Positions 33,931-42,979 of a stretch of DNA of 64,000 nucleotides are shown here, piece by piece. Each line of letters begins with the position of its first letter. The stretch's first letter is position 1. The stretch is from Dehalococcoidia bacterium (lineage in GTDB: Bacteria; Chloroflexota; Dehalococcoidia; Lucifugimonadales; UBA3495): contig CBDBDS010000012.1 of assembly GCA_965203985.1 (NCBI GenBank), forward strand, positions 211,907 through 275,906, read 5' to 3'. The notes under the pieces were generated by a model. The model had not been told where the DNA came from. It did not search any database and saw only the letters and a program-made list of their open reading frames with translations. The position numbers and the translations under genes were made by a program.

Positions 33931-34890
33931 ATGCAGTACGGCATTACGTTACCCGGGCGCGGCCCGTTGTCCACTCCCGACAGCCTGGCAACCATCGCCC
34001 AACGAGCGGAAGCGCTCGGTTTCGATTCCGTCGCCCTCGGCGACCACATCCTGGTGCCCAAGAATATCGACTCCGATTACCCCTACACCGAGACGGGAGA
34101 GTTCCCGGGCTCGGCCTCAGGCCAGGCTATGGAGCAGATCACCGCGCTGGCCTACATGGCCGGGTGCACCGACACGATCCGACTGGCCACCTCGGTGCTC
34201 ATCGTGCCCCACCGCAACCCGCTGGTGGCCGCCAAGGCCCTGGCGACCCTGGACGTCTTGTCGGGCGGGCGGCTCATCGTGGGCGTGGGCGTCGGTTGGT
34301 GTCGTGAAGAATTCGAAGCGGTGGGTTGCGAACCCTTCGACGAGCGCGGCGCCGTAACCGACGAGTACATTCGCGCCTTCAAGGAACTGTGGACCTCTGA
34401 CGATCCTACCTTTGAAGGCCAGTACGTGAATTTCTCCGACATCTGGTTCCTGCCCAAGCCGGTGCAAAAGCCTCATCCGCCTTTCTGGGTCGGCGGCGAG
34501 AGCCGACCTGCCATCCGCCGCGCGGCTACCCTTTGTGACGGTTGGTATCCCATCGGTAACAACCCCGCATTCCCGGTGGGAACGCCTGAAGCGCTGGAGA
34601 ACAGCATCGGCCGTCTGCGCAGCACCGCCGAACGGGCCGGCCGTAATCCCGACGAAATCCAGATCATCTACCGCTCCCACGACTACCGCATCAACGGAAC
34701 CGACACCAGCCCGGACCGCGCCCGCTTTACCGGCAGCGGCGAACAGATCGCCGGCGACATCCGCCAGTACGAGGAGATGGGCGTCAGCTACCTGGTTATC
34801 GACATCGCCCGCCTCAGCGCTGACGGCAACCTCGAAGAAACCCTGGGACACCTCGAAGATTTCACGGCCCAAGTGGCCGCCCGGGTCTAG
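33931..34890 (+). CDS. LLM-class (luciferase-like) F420/flavin-dependent oxidoreductase
   Basis: Typical LLM layout (AEALGFDSVALGDHI..., PHRNPLVAAKALATLDVLSGGRLIVGVGVGW, PHPPFWVGG). Confidence 0.8.
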   Translation: MQYGITLPGRGPLSTPDSLATIAQRAEALGFDSVALGDHILVPKNIDSDYPYTETGEFPGSASGQAMEQITALAYMAGCTDTIRLATSVLIVPHRNPLVAAKALATLDVLSGGRLIVGVGVGWCREEFEAVGCEPFDERGAVTDEYIRAFKELWTSDDPTFEGQYVNFSDIWFLPKPVQKPHPPFWVGGESRPAIRRAATLCDGWYPIGNNPAFPVGTPEALENSIGRLRSTAERAGRNPDEIQIIYRSHDYRINGTDTSPDRARFTGSGEQIAGDIRQYEEMGVSYLVIDIARLSADGNLEETLGHLEDFTAQVAARV

Positions 34891-34946
34891 GCAGGTAACG
34901 GGAATCCGGCCACACGCGCATCCCGCCCGTCAACCGGAACGCGCAA

Positions 34947-35987
34947 ATGGCTTACGCGCTCTCGGATACCAACGCGGTCGAGTACCTGCTTGGAACGGAG
35001 CTGATTTCCGCCAGCCAGGCCGGTTCGGCAACCGCTGTGGAGCTTGGTGGAGGGGTCTCCAATATCGTCGTCAGGGTGGATTTGGCTGACCCAACGGGCA
35101 GCCTCATCATCAAGCAGTCCCTTCCCCGTTTGCGCGTCCAGCAGGAATGGCTCGCGGACCAAGCCCGCATCCACCGCGAGGCGTCGGCGCTCCGCTACCT
35201 GGAGGATGTCCTGCCGGGATCTTCCCTGCCAGCCGTGATCCACGATGATCCGGAACATTTCCTGTTCGTCATGACCGCCGCGCCGTCCGGGTCCCGGACG
35301 TGGAAGGACGATCTCCTCTCCGGGCACGTCGATACCCGCGTGGCTGCGGAAGTCGGGCGCGTGCTGGGAACGATGCACCAACAGTCCGCAGTCTCCGGCG
35401 ATGTGGTACCGCCCGCATTGCGGGAGTTCGCGGATCAACGTTGCTTCGTTCAACTGCGCATTGACCCGTATCACCGAGCCACCGGCACGGCCCATGCGGA
35501 TCTTTCCGGAGCCATCGAGGCCGAAGCACAGGCTATGCTGGGCCGTCCCCTGTGCCTCGTACACGGCGACTACAGCCCAAAGAATATCATCGTCACCAGG
35601 ACTGAAGAGGAACCGACCGCCTTCCTCCTGGACTTCGAAGTAGTTCACCTCGGCAACCCGGTCTTCGACCTGGCTTTCATGTTGAACCACCTTACGCTCA
35701 AGGCTATCCACCGTCCCGACCTCGTCGCACAGTACAATGCGGCCGGCACCGCCTTTTGGTCGGCGTACTGCTGTAATTCCCAAACTTTCGCCACCGACCC
35801 CGTTCGGCTCCAGTTGGAAACGATACGCCAGATGGGTGTGCTGCTTTTGGCTCGTATCGACGGCAAATCGCCGGCCGAATACATAACGACCGACGCACAG
35901 AAGTCCTTGGCCCGCCGTCTCGGCAGGATGATCCTTGCTAACGAGATTCAGTCGTTGCCGGACTTGCACGACGCTTTGCACCGTTAG
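34947..35987 (+). CDS. APH/ChoK-family phosphotransferase (methylthioribose-kinase-like)
   Basis: Nucleotide-loop GGGVSNIVVRV, the catalytic LVHGDYSPKNIIV (HGDxxxxN), and the DFE metal-binding motif. Confidence 0.7.
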   Translation: MAYALSDTNAVEYLLGTELISASQAGSATAVELGGGVSNIVVRVDLADPTGSLIIKQSLPRLRVQQEWLADQARIHREASALRYLEDVLPGSSLPAVIHDDPEHFLFVMTAAPSGSRTWKDDLLSGHVDTRVAAEVGRVLGTMHQQSAVSGDVVPPALREFADQRCFVQLRIDPYHRATGTAHADLSGAIEAEAQAMLGRPLCLVHGDYSPKNIIVTRTEEEPTAFLLDFEVVHLGNPVFDLAFMLNHLTLKAIHRPDLVAQYNAAGTAFWSAYCCNSQTFATDPVRLQLETIRQMGVLLLARIDGKSPAEYITTDAQKSLARRLGRMILANEIQSLPDLHDALHR

Positions 35988-36112
35988 CGCCCACCGGATG
36001 GTTCGCGGCTCCAGAATCTGGTGACACTGTCTGCGGCTCCGTAGTACACTCTTCGCGCGGGTATCCGGTCCAAGGTCCGGGCGCCTAGCTCCCGATCAGA
36101 GGAGATGAGAGC

Positions 36113-36586
36113 TTGCCGCAGGAACTGAACGCCGGGTTGGACGGGACCGGCCTTCGCGTCGCGGTGGTCGCCGCCCGGTTCAACTACGTGATCACCAAGA
36201 ACCTGATGGAAGGGGCCATTTCGACGCTGGCCCAATATGGCGTGCGCGACGGAGACATTACCACCTCCTGGGTGCCGGGCTCCTTTGAACTGCCCGTGGT
36301 CGCCAAGTCCCTGGCTCAATCCGGGCGATACGACGCGGTGATCTGCCTGGGCGCCGTCATACGTGGCGAGACCAGCCACTACGACATGGTATGCAACCAA
36401 GCAGCATCGGGTATAGCCGCGGTGGGCCGCGAGACCGGCATCCCGACCATGTTCGGCGTATTGACGACCGAAAACATGGAGCAGGCTATTAACCGCTCCG
36501 GGGGCAAGGTCGGTAACCTCGGCGCCGATTGCGCGGTCGGAGCCATCGACTGCGCCCGGCTCTTGCAGGCCATCAAGACCGGCTGA
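36113..36586 (+). CDS. ribH: 6,7-dimethyl-8-ribityllumazine synthase
   Basis: RVAVVAARFNYVITKNLMEGA...WVPGSFELP...AVICLGAVIRGETSHYD is a canonical RibH sequence. TTG start with a GGAG upstream. Confidence 0.9.
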   Translation: MPQELNAGLDGTGLRVAVVAARFNYVITKNLMEGAISTLAQYGVRDGDITTSWVPGSFELPVVAKSLAQSGRYDAVICLGAVIRGETSHYDMVCNQAASGIAAVGRETGIPTMFGVLTTENMEQAINRSGGKVGNLGADCAVGAIDCARLLQAIKTG

Positions 36587-36610
36587 GCCGGCAGGCAGGT
36601 GTGAACGACA

Positions 36611-37300
36611 ATGCAGGCCACCGTAGAGTTCGACCCCAGTTACTCTCTACTCACCATTGACCTGACCGCGGGGGAGTCCGTCAAGGCCGAGCCCGGCGCG
36701 ATGGTCGCGCAGCAGGGAGTCGCGATGACCACGGGCATGAGTGGCTCAGGAGGCCTGTTCGGCGGCATTCGCCGCATGATGGGCGGCGAGTCCTTTTTCG
36801 TGAACACCTTCACCGCCGAAGGCGCAGGAGGTTGGGTCAGCCTGGCTCCGCCCGCTCCCGGCGATGTCGGCTCATTCGACCTGCAACCGGGCGGTAACCT
36901 GTTCCTGCAGTCCAGTTCGTTCCTCGCCAGCACCGGGAACGTTCAAATCGACAGTCAGTTCCAGGGATTTCGCGGGTTTTTCAGCGGGGAAAGCCTGTTC
37001 TTCATCCGCGCCTACGCCCAGCAGGGCACCGGGACGGTGTATTACAACTCCTACGGTGCCATCAAAGAGGTTGCGGTGAATCCGGGCCAGGAGTTGGTGG
37101 TGGATACCGGGCATCTGGTGGCCTTCAGCGATGACGTCAAATATTCCATAGGAAAAGTCGGCGGCATCCGCTCGCTTATCGCCGGCGGCGAGGGCCTGGT
37201 CATGAAGTTCCGCGGCAGCGGAACCGTGTGGATCCAGACCCGTAACCTGGCCTCCCTGGCCGAAAAACTGAACCCGTTCCTACCCAAGCGCGGGCAATAG
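36611..37300 (+). CDS. AIM24/TIGR00266-family (DUF124) protein
   Basis: ...LLTIDLTAGESVKAEPGAMV...GGESFFVNTFTAEG...LFLQSSSFLA... fits the AIM24 family pattern. Confidence 0.75.
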   Translation: MQATVEFDPSYSLLTIDLTAGESVKAEPGAMVAQQGVAMTTGMSGSGGLFGGIRRMMGGESFFVNTFTAEGAGGWVSLAPPAPGDVGSFDLQPGGNLFLQSSSFLASTGNVQIDSQFQGFRGFFSGESLFFIRAYAQQGTGTVYYNSYGAIKEVAVNPGQELVVDTGHLVAFSDDVKYSIGKVGGIRSLIAGGEGLVMKFRGSGTVWIQTRNLASLAEKLNPFLPKRGQ

Positions 37301-37411
37301 CGCTGGATCTGATCGCCGGTCGTATACGGCGCCGACTGCTGCGGCTGGCTGCATTCCGGTTGCGCTTCGGGTTGTCGCGTCCGACCTGCGTGCCCCAACA
37401 GGAGATCAAGC

Positions 37412-38326
37412 ATGGAATTTGGCGCGACCGTACCCAACAACTGGGGCGTCGAGGACCCCCAGGCAGTCGTCAACTTTGGTCCGCTGGCCGAAGAGTTGGG
37501 CTTCGATTCCGTTTGGGTTATGGACCACCTTTTCAACAACGGATACATCCGCGAAAGGCTGGACGACAAGCCTTATTACCATCCCATGGCGACGCTGTCC
37601 CATATATCCGCCCTGACTTCACGGGTGCAACTGGGGACATCGGTGCTGGTCTTGCCGTATCACAATCCGGTGGAGCTGGCCAAATACGCGGCTACCCTGG
37701 ATCAAATGTCCGGCGGCCGCGTCATCCTGGGCGTCGGTGTCGGGGCTATGACCCCGGAATTCGATGCGCTGGGCATACCAATGAGCCAGCGCGGGTCGCT
37801 GACCAATGAGTCCATGGACATCATGCGGGAGCTGTGGTCCAACGAAGACCCTCGATACAGCAGCGACCGCTGGGAATTCGAAGACCTCAAGTTTTCGCCC
37901 AAGCCGGTACAGTCCGTAGCGGGTTCGGCTCACGTACCCCTATGGGTTGGCGGCGGCAGCCCGGGGGCGTTGCGCCGGGCCGCTCGCCGAGGCAACGGCT
38001 GGCATCCCTCCGGTGTGACCGCCGAAGAATTTGCCATCGGCCGTCAGCGTGTCCGCGAACTTGCCGAGTCCGCGGGTCGCAATCCTGACGACCTCGTGAT
38101 GTCTGCGCGCGTGGAAGTGGAAGCTCACGGCGGCCCGTCCAGCCAACGCGCTGCCGACCGTTCTCGCCTCCCCGGCGACGACCCGGCCGGGATGGTCGCC
38201 GGCATCGCCGCCTACCAGGAGGCTGGCGTGCAGCACATCGTGCTGGCTCTCAACACGGGAGACGTCGGCCGCCTCCGAGAGTTGATGCATTCCATCGCAT
38301 CCGATGTGATGCCGCAGTTCAGTTAG
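37412..38326 (+). CDS. LLM-class F420/flavin-dependent oxidoreductase
   Basis: AEELGFDSVWVMDHL, LPYHNPVELAKYAATLDQMSGGRVILGVGVG, VPLWVGG. Confidence 0.8.
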   Translation: MEFGATVPNNWGVEDPQAVVNFGPLAEELGFDSVWVMDHLFNNGYIRERLDDKPYYHPMATLSHISALTSRVQLGTSVLVLPYHNPVELAKYAATLDQMSGGRVILGVGVGAMTPEFDALGIPMSQRGSLTNESMDIMRELWSNEDPRYSSDRWEFEDLKFSPKPVQSVAGSAHVPLWVGGGSPGALRRAARRGNGWHPSGVTAEEFAIGRQRVRELAESAGRNPDDLVMSARVEVEAHGGPSSQRAADRSRLPGDDPAGMVAGIAAYQEAGVQHIVLALNTGDVGRLRELMHSIASDVMPQFS

Positions 38327-38381
38327 CCAAGCCTGGCTCGCCCAGCCCGTTCAAGCCGGGTTGGCAATTCCCAAACTGAAA

Positions 38382-38406
38382 GGGGGGCGATTTTACTTCG
38401 CCCCCC
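38382..38406. terminator. Bidirectional intrinsic-terminator-like hairpin between convergent genes
   Basis: GGGGGGCGA-TTTTACT-TCGCCCCCC (9-bp GC-rich stem), flanked by A-rich sequence 5' and TTCTT 3'. It lies between the stops at 38326 (+) and 38441 (-). Confidence 0.6.
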
Positions 38407-38440
38407 TTCTTGGTGTCCGCTGCCCGAGCAGCGCTTGCGA

Positions 38441-40708
38441 CTACAGTTTCGCTTCCAGCACGCTGCCCGGAGTGATCGGCAGGTTGGTCAACCGCTGGTC
38501 GGTGGCATGGCCCACCGCGTTGGCAACGGCCGCCAGCGGAGGAACTATGGGTACCTCTCCCACACCCCGCACGCCGTACGGATGGCCCGGATTGGCGACC
38601 TCCACGATGACAGTGTCAATCATGGGCAAGTCCAGCGAAGTCGGCATGCGGTAGTCCAGGAAGCTGGAGTTCATCATCTGGCCGTTGTCGCTGAAGTAAT
38701 ACTCTTCGTTCAGCGCCCAGCCGATGCCCTGGACCGCTCCTCCCTGGATTTGCCCTTCCACGTAGCTGGGATGCACTGCCTTGCCGGCATCCTGAATCGC
38801 GGTGTAACGGAGGATTTCGGTTTTCCCGGTTTCCGGGTCAACCTCAACGTCTACCAGGTGCACGCCGAAGGAATTGCCCTCGCCAGTGGGGTCCAGGCTC
38901 GCCGTGCCGGTGATGCCTCCTCCGGTGGTGTAGAGTTGACGGGCCAGTTCCTTGAAAGTGAAACTGAGCTCCTGTGACTTGTGCCGCACAACGCCGCTAT
39001 CATATTCGACATCCTCGGACGGCACATCCCATATGGACGCGGCGCGTTCGACCATTTGCCCCTTGACGTCTTCCGCGGCCAGAATCGCAGCCCAACCGGT
39101 GGCAAACGTGGTGCGGCTCCCGCCGGTGACCATGGTGTACCCGATGGAGTCCGTGTCAACCACTTGGGGCTTGATGTCGTCATACGATATGCCAAGGGTC
39201 TCGGCGGCCTGCTGAGCGATTGACGCCCGGGAGCCGCCGATATCCACCGAACCCTCGATAAGGTTTACGGTGCCGTCCGGGTTTACGGTCATGTTGACGC
39301 TGGAATGGAAGCCACGGTTCATCCAGAACCCCGAAGCGATGCCACGGCCGCGATTTGGCCCTTCCAACGGTGTCCGGTAGTGCTCGTGGTTGCGGGCTGC
39401 CTCAAGGCATTCCACCAGGCCGATCTTTTGGAACACGGGGCCCTCAACTTTCCGTGAGCCCTCCGTGACGGCGTTGTTCAGCCGGAATTCCACCGGGTCC
39501 ACGCCCAACTTTTGGCAGAGCTCGTCCACGACCTGCTCCACCCCGAACGCGGCCTGCGGTGAGCCCGGCGCGCGGTACGCTGCCGTCTTGGGCTTGTTAA
39601 CGACCACGTCGTAGCCTTCGACGGTTCCGTTCTCCAGCTGGTAGCAGGCGAAGGCGCAGGTCGCGCCCTGCATCACCGGGGAACCGGGATACGCGCCGGC
39701 TTCGAAGGCAAGTTCGATTTCCGCCGCGGTGATTTTGCCCGCCGAGTTGGCGCCCATCTTGACCCGCATCCAACTGCCGGGAGCAGGTCCGCTGCCTTCG
39801 AATACCTCGGTGCGGCTCATCAGTACTTTGACCGGTGCCCCGGCCTTGCGGGAGAGCAGCGCGGCTACCGGTTCCAGGTAGAACGATACCTTGCCGCCGA
39901 ACCCTCCGCCGATCTCCATGGGGGTAACCCGTACGTCGGAGACGTCGACCCGCAAAACGTCAGCGGTGTTGGCGCGAACGACGAATGCGCCCTGAGTGCT
40001 GCACCAGACATTGATCTGCCCGTCGGCGCGCCAGTGAGCGGTTGCGTTGTGCGGCTCGATGTACCCTTGGTGTACCGACGCGGTGGTGAATTCGCGCTCG
40101 ACAATAACGTCGGAGTTGGCAAACCCGGCCGCCGTGTCTCCCCTCTCGAATTTCATGTAGGAAGCGACGTTGCTGGGTTTGTCGGATATTTCGCCCATCG
40201 CCGAGGTGTGGATCAGATCATCGTGCAGGAGCGGGGATCCGTCCTGCATCGCGGCTCGCACGTCGACGACGGGCTCCAGGACCTCGTAGTCAACGTCGAT
40301 CAGGGCCAGCGCTGACTCAGCGATGTGAGCGTTGTCGGCGGCGACGGCGGCGACCGCGTGCCCCCGGTATAGCGCCTTGTCGCTGGCGAGGAAATTGTCG
40401 CTCAAGAACTTGAACCGGTTATAGTCGTTGCCCAAGTCCTCCTTGCTGAGCGCCGCAAACGGTAGATCGGCTGCGGTAACGATGGCGCGCACGCCGGCGA
40501 GGGCTTCCGCTTTCGACGTGTCGATGGCCCTGATGCGAGCATGTGCGTGCGGGCTACGCAACACTCGGGCATGCAACAGGCCGGTCAGTTCCAGGTCGGC
40601 TCCGTATTGGGCGCGACCCGTGACCTTATCCACCCCATCGGGACGCACCGGCCGCTTCCCAACTACGTCGTATTCGACTTCCGATAGCACTTGGTTTGCT
40701 ATGGTCAC
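38441..40708 (-). CDS. Xanthine dehydrogenase-family molybdopterin-binding large subunit (CoxL-like molybdenum hydroxylase)
   Basis: A 755-aa aldehyde oxidase/XDH a/b-hammerhead plus MoCo-binding domains. The active-site loop reads AAYRAPGSPQ rather than the CODH form I VAYRCSFR. Confidence 0.9.
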   Translation of the reverse strand: MTIANQVLSEVEYDVVGKRPVRPDGVDKVTGRAQYGADLELTGLLHARVLRSPHAHARIRAIDTSKAEALAGVRAIVTAADLPFAALSKEDLGNDYNRFKFLSDNFLASDKALYRGHAVAAVAADNAHIAESALALIDVDYEVLEPVVDVRAAMQDGSPLLHDDLIHTSAMGEISDKPSNVASYMKFERGDTAAGFANSDVIVEREFTTASVHQGYIEPHNATAHWRADGQINVWCSTQGAFVVRANTADVLRVDVSDVRVTPMEIGGGFGGKVSFYLEPVAALLSRKAGAPVKVLMSRTEVFEGSGPAPGSWMRVKMGANSAGKITAAEIELAFEAGAYPGSPVMQGATCAFACYQLENGTVEGYDVVVNKPKTAAYRAPGSPQAAFGVEQVVDELCQKLGVDPVEFRLNNAVTEGSRKVEGPVFQKIGLVECLEAARNHEHYRTPLEGPNRGRGIASGFWMNRGFHSSVNMTVNPDGTVNLIEGSVDIGGSRASIAQQAAETLGISYDDIKPQVVDTDSIGYTMVTGGSRTTFATGWAAILAAEDVKGQMVERAASIWDVPSEDVEYDSGVVRHKSQELSFTFKELARQLYTTGGGITGTASLDPTGEGNSFGVHLVDVEVDPETGKTEILRYTAIQDAGKAVHPSYVEGQIQGGAVQGIGWALNEEYYFSDNGQMMNSSFLDYRMPTSLDLPMIDTVIVEVANPGHPYGVRGVGEVPIVPPLAAVANAVGHATDQRLTNLPITPGSVLEAKL

Positions 40709-40730
40709 TTTGGCTCACCTCCCTAACAAT

Positions 40731-40758
40731 GTAGGGGCGAATGGCCATTCGCCCCTAC
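40731..40758. repeat. Perfect 28-nt palindrome/hairpin in the coxS-coxL intercistronic gap
   Basis: GTAGGGGCGAATGG/CCATTCGCCCCTAC has the same GGGGCGAATG stem as the terminator-like hairpin at 2342-2365. Confidence 0.55.
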
Positions 40759-40813
40759 CGCTGGAAACATCGTAATGGGCGCCGGGTCTGTGTGCCCGGC
40801 AACCCACAAGCGC

Positions 40814-41290
40814 TTATGCCTGCATGCGTTCTCCGGCGTCAATCACCGCGCGGACGATCTTGTCGTAACCGGTGCAACGGCACAGGTTGCCGGCCAGCCA
40901 GTGGCGTATGCGCGCTTCGTCCGCGTCCGGCTCGTCGTCCAGCAGCGCCTTGGCGGCCACGATGAAGCCCGGGGTGCAGATCCCGCACTGGAGGGCGGCG
41001 TTTTCCAGGAACGCCTGCTGGATGGGATGCAGACCGTCAGCGGAGGCCACGCCTTCGATGGTGTTGACCTCGGCGCCCTGCGCCTCGACTCCCAGGACCA
41101 GGCAGGAGGTGACGATGCGACCGTCCAAGTTGACGGTGCAAGCGCCGCAGTTGCCGTCGTTGCAACCCTCTTTGGAGCCGGTCATACCCACGACGTCGCG
41201 CAGGCATTCCAGCAAGCTCTGCCTTGGCTCACATAGGAAGTCGGTTTGGTTGCCGTTGATGGTGGTGGTTACGTGGACAAGTCCGGGCAT
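40814..41290 (-). CDS. (2Fe-2S)-binding small subunit of the molybdenum hydroxylase (CoxS-like)
   Basis: Two [2Fe-2S] motifs: C-NDGN-C-GA-C and C-GI-C-TPG ... C-R-C-TGY. Confidence 0.9.
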   Translation of the reverse strand: MPGLVHVTTTINGNQTDFLCEPRQSLLECLRDVVGMTGSKEGCNDGNCGACTVNLDGRIVTSCLVLGVEAQGAEVNTIEGVASADGLHPIQQAFLENAALQCGICTPGFIVAAKALLDDEPDADEARIRHWLAGNLCRCTGYDKIVRAVIDAGERMQA

Positions 41291-41292
41291 TA

Positions 41293-42174
41293 TTACTCCT
41301 CCCCTCGGGCGCGCCGGATGGCGATGTTCAGGGTGCGGCGGGTCAGCACGTCCACCAGGTGATGCCTTTGGCGGATCGTGCCGCGCATGTCTGTGATGGG
41401 GCTCGCGGCTTCGCTGGCAAGGCGTCCGGCCTCGGCGATTGCGTCGTCAGAGACTGCCTTGCCGGCCAGGCTGTCGCCGGCCGCCGTCGCAAGAATCGGC
41501 GTGGGACCCACGGAAGCCAAGGCTATGCGCGCGGACTGGATGGTCTGTCCGGACGCATCCAGTACCACCGAGGAGGACACGCCGGCGACGGCGATGTCCA
41601 TCTCGTTGCGCGGAATGAAGCGAAGGTACGCGGTGCCGGAGTTAGCAACCGGCGCCGGGATCTGGATACCCACCAGTATTTCCCCGGGTTCCAGCACACT
41701 CCGTCCCGGTCCGGTGCAGAAATCCTCTGCGGCCACGGCGCGCCAGCCGTTGGGTCCATTGATGTGTGCCTCGCCGCCGAGCGTGATGACCGGCGGGATA
41801 CTGTCACCGGATGGAGCGGCGTTGCACAGGTTCCCTCCGATTGAAGCCCGGCCTTGAATCTGAATGCTGCCAATAAGGCCGGCGGCGTCAATCAGGCCAG
41901 GATAGGCGGCGGCTACCTGCTGGTTCTGATAAATCTGGTAACAGGGCACGGCGGCGCCCAGGCGCAGCCCGCTGTCAGTCATTTCAATCTGGTTCAGTTC
42001 TGGGATCGTCTTGGCGTCCACCAGAACGTCCAGTTCTCGCCGTCCGCCACGCAACTGGACAATTATGTCCGTTCCGCCGGCCAACGGGCGGGCGCGATCG
42101 CCGTTCGCAGACAAAACTGAAACGGCTTCGCTGAGAGATGTAGGGGCAACGTAGTCAATAGCTCGCATGGGCAC
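41293..42174 (-). CDS. FAD-binding medium subunit of the molybdenum hydroxylase (CoxM-like)
   Basis: The FAD_binding_5 pattern is present (LAGGTDIIVQL, ...GNLCNAAPSGD). It sits 2 nt upstream of the small-subunit gene. Confidence 0.9.
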   Translation of the reverse strand: MPMRAIDYVAPTSLSEAVSVLSANGDRARPLAGGTDIIVQLRGGRRELDVLVDAKTIPELNQIEMTDSGLRLGAAVPCYQIYQNQQVAAAYPGLIDAAGLIGSIQIQGRASIGGNLCNAAPSGDSIPPVITLGGEAHINGPNGWRAVAAEDFCTGPGRSVLEPGEILVGIQIPAPVANSGTAYLRFIPRNEMDIAVAGVSSSVVLDASGQTIQSARIALASVGPTPILATAAGDSLAGKAVSDDAIAEAGRLASEAASPITDMRGTIRQRHHLVDVLTRRTLNIAIRRARGEE

Positions 42175-42188
42175 CTCCTCCGGCGCAG

Positions 42189-42216
42189 ATTATAGCACGA
42201 TCAGCGGCTTCGTCAG
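42189..42216 (-). promoter_or_regulatory. Sigma-70-like promoter with an extended -10 for the coxMSL-like operon
   Basis: On the minus strand: CTGACG - 16 nt - (TGC)TATAAT, followed by GGAGGAGG and ATG 42174. Confidence 0.45.
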
Positions 42217-42331
42217 CCGTTGGTGGCCTCCAGCCAGCGCTTGCACCAGCAGAGGGCCGACCAGTGCAGCCGATCATCAAGGGACGCGCGCCATCATACC
42301 GTAACCGGCCCGGTCGCGCTACAAACGACCA

Positions 42332-42919
42332 CTATCTGGCCAGAATCGCCTGCAGCCGAACTCGCACCGCCGGCCACTCACTGTCGATGATGCCGTAATA
42401 CACCGAGTGGCGGTTGACCCCGTCGCGGGCGATCCGGTGATTGCGCAGTATGCCTTCTCGGATGGCTCCGATTCGTTCGATCGCGCGCCGGGACCTGAGA
42501 TTGCGGTGGTCAGCCTTCAGGCAAACCCGCAGCGCACCCAAGTCATCGAAAGCGTGCCTCAATAGCAGGTACTTGCATTCCGTGTTGACCGCCGTCCTTT
42601 GGTATTCCGTTCCGTACCACGTCATACCGATCTCCAACGACCGGTTGGATCGATCAATGTCATGGTATCCCGTGGAGCCGATTGCCCGATCATCGGCAAG
42701 GTGCACTACGGTGAATTGGATGCGCCCCTCCCGTTCGTTCCGGGCGATGCAATCTCGGATCCATCCCTGAGTATCGTCCAGGCTCGCGAAGGCAGGTCTG
42801 GCCAGATATCGCCAGATTGTTTCGTCCGTCCCAACGCGAAACAGGTCCTCAGCGTGCTGCGGGCCAATGGGCTCCAGCCGTACGTGCTCCCCTTCAAGGG
42901 TAATTGGTTGCGCGTTCAT
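42332..42919 (-). CDS. GNAT family N-acetyltransferase (RimJ/RimL-like)
   Basis: LEGEHVRLEPIGPQHAEDLF ... acetyl-CoA-binding region NLRSRRAIERIGA. ATG 42919 has a GAGGAG RBS. Confidence 0.75.
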   Translation of the reverse strand: MNAQPITLEGEHVRLEPIGPQHAEDLFRVGTDETIWRYLARPAFASLDDTQGWIRDCIARNEREGRIQFTVVHLADDRAIGSTGYHDIDRSNRSLEIGMTWYGTEYQRTAVNTECKYLLLRHAFDDLGALRVCLKADHRNLRSRRAIERIGAIREGILRNHRIARDGVNRHSVYYGIIDSEWPAVRVRLQAILAR

Positions 42920-42979
42920 AGGGTCTCCTCGTAGCTCGTTCTTTTGCAACAGCGAGACTGAGCCGGCAGCCCCTGACTG

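Noticed and set aside
35988-36112. A possible FMN (RFN) riboswitch upstream of ribH.
   Set aside because: The 125-nt leader lacks the conserved RFN core I would expect (GGGCAGGGTGAAATTCCC...CCGACGGT...AGTCCGGATG). Only a vague CAGAATCTGGTGA resemblance is present. A covariance-model scan would settle it.
38441-42174. Calling the coxMSL-like genes a carbon monoxide dehydrogenase.
   Set aside because: The large-subunit active-site loop reads AAYRAPGSPQ rather than the form I CODH signature VAYRCSFR, and no coxDEF-type accessory genes are adjacent. It is better described as a generic molybdenum hydroxylase of unknown substrate.
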